Positions 13,683-14,150 of a stretch of 14,150 nt of DNA are shown here, in pieces (position 1 is the first letter of the stretch; every line of letters starts with the position of its first letter). The translations under genes and the position numbers were made by a program. Below the pieces are notes generated by a model. That model had not been told where the DNA came from, made no database searches, and worked only from the letters and a program-made list of their open reading frames with translations. This DNA is from Gammaproteobacteria bacterium (lineage in GTDB: Bacteria; Pseudomonadota; Gammaproteobacteria; Steroidobacterales; Rariloculaceae), in NCBI GenBank assembly GCA_050114615.1, contig JASFSB010000007.1:1-14150 (forward strand), read 5' to 3'.

Positions 13683-13731
13683 CGATGTAATCCCCCTCTC
13701 GATCGAAGCCACTGTGCGTGGCTGTGGCTTA

Positions 13732-14052
13732 TTATCCTTTGCCGCGCTGCAATCGCGCGAGAAATACGTTCATTTCCTTCACGAGTTGCATGTCACCTTG
13801 TCTTTGTGCGGCCGCGATACCCTGTTCGAGCGCGTCGCGCGCTGCCTCGGGCTCACCCAGCTCAATCAATGATCGGCCGAGCACGCGCCACGCGGCAGAA
13901 TAGTCACGGTCGCGATCAACAGCAACACCTGCGTGCCTGCGGGCATCTTCGAAGCGACCTTCGCGGAAGCACGCGCTCGCAAGCCCGAAACGCAATTGCG
14001 CATTATCGGTCCCCGCCGAGAGAGTGGCTTCCAGCCTTTCGATAATTCCCAT
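13732..14052 (-). CDS. Small tetratricopeptide-repeat (TPR) protein, conserved hypothetical
   Basis: MGIIERLEATLSAGTDNAQLRFGLASACFREGRFEDARRH...DYSAAWRVLGRSLIELGEPEAARDALEQGIAAA forms TPR-like helix pairs. ATG 14052..14050 overlaps the TGA (14054..14052) of the upstream trkH-like gene. The track's 14139 start would overlap that gene by 88 nt (14052-14139). Confidence 0.7.
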   Translation of the reverse strand: MGIIERLEATLSAGTDNAQLRFGLASACFREGRFEDARRHAGVAVDRDRDYSAAWRVLGRSLIELGEPEAARDALEQGIAAAQRQGDMQLVKEMNVFLARLQRGKG

Positions 14053-14150
14053 CAGCGCTGCCAGAACGTCGGAGTCACCAGCACCAGGATCGTGAAGATC
14101 TCCAGCCGTCCCAGCAGCATCGCACATACGGAAGCCCACTTGGCGACATT
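14052..14150 (-). CDS. trkH: TrkH/KtrB-family potassium uptake protein, C-terminal 32 codons (5' end beyond the window end)
   Basis: Absent from the ORF track because of the edge. The reverse strand from 14150 reads NVAKWASVCAMLLGRLEIFTILVLVTPTFWQR*. GRLEIFT.LVL.TP.FW is the characteristic TrkH C-terminus. Confidence 0.65.
   Translation of the reverse strand, partial: NVAKWASVCAMLLGRLEIFTILVLVTPTFWQR

Noticed and set aside
13707-13729. AGCCAC-tgtgc-GTGGCT hairpin with a tandem GTGGCT between the TPR gene and dctQ, as a terminator
   Set aside because: It has only a 6-bp stem and no U-tract on the transcribed (minus) strand, and a strong SD and start follow directly. Read-through into dctQM seems more likely.

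Overview
GC-rich, proteobacterial-looking chromosomal segment. I support 18 protein-coding genes (two cut by the window edges). I found no rRNA, tRNA, CRISPR, IS, integrase or phage genes. Layout: (i) Minus-strand string at 1-4402: dtd, tatA, tatB, tatC, a POT-family di/tripeptide permease and an OPT-family oligopeptide transporter. (ii) A 217-bp, visibly AT-richer divergent intergenic region (4403-4619) packed with dyad and direct repeats. (iii) Plus strand: a TRAP-transporter solute-binding protein (4620-5708). (iv) A tight seven-gene plus-strand respiratory cluster (5864-11689): azurin, CuA subunit II fused to a c4-like dihaem cytochrome c, A1-type subunit I, two 5-TM subunit-III paralogues, a prokaryotic subunit IV and an orphan 95-aa membrane protein. 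(v) Minus strand, convergent on that cluster: TRAP dctQ and dctM, a small TPR protein and the 3' end of a trkH-like gene. The most interesting object is the azurin-headed alternative haem-copper oxidase module. It combines a blue copper protein, a dihaem c4 and an aa3-type oxidase, the same logic as the Acidithiobacillus rus operon, but the parts are different and partly fused. The individual families are all well known, so this is an unusual arrangement rather than clearly a new system. Most long ORFs in the supplied track that lie antisense to or overlap these genes are GC-composition artefacts.
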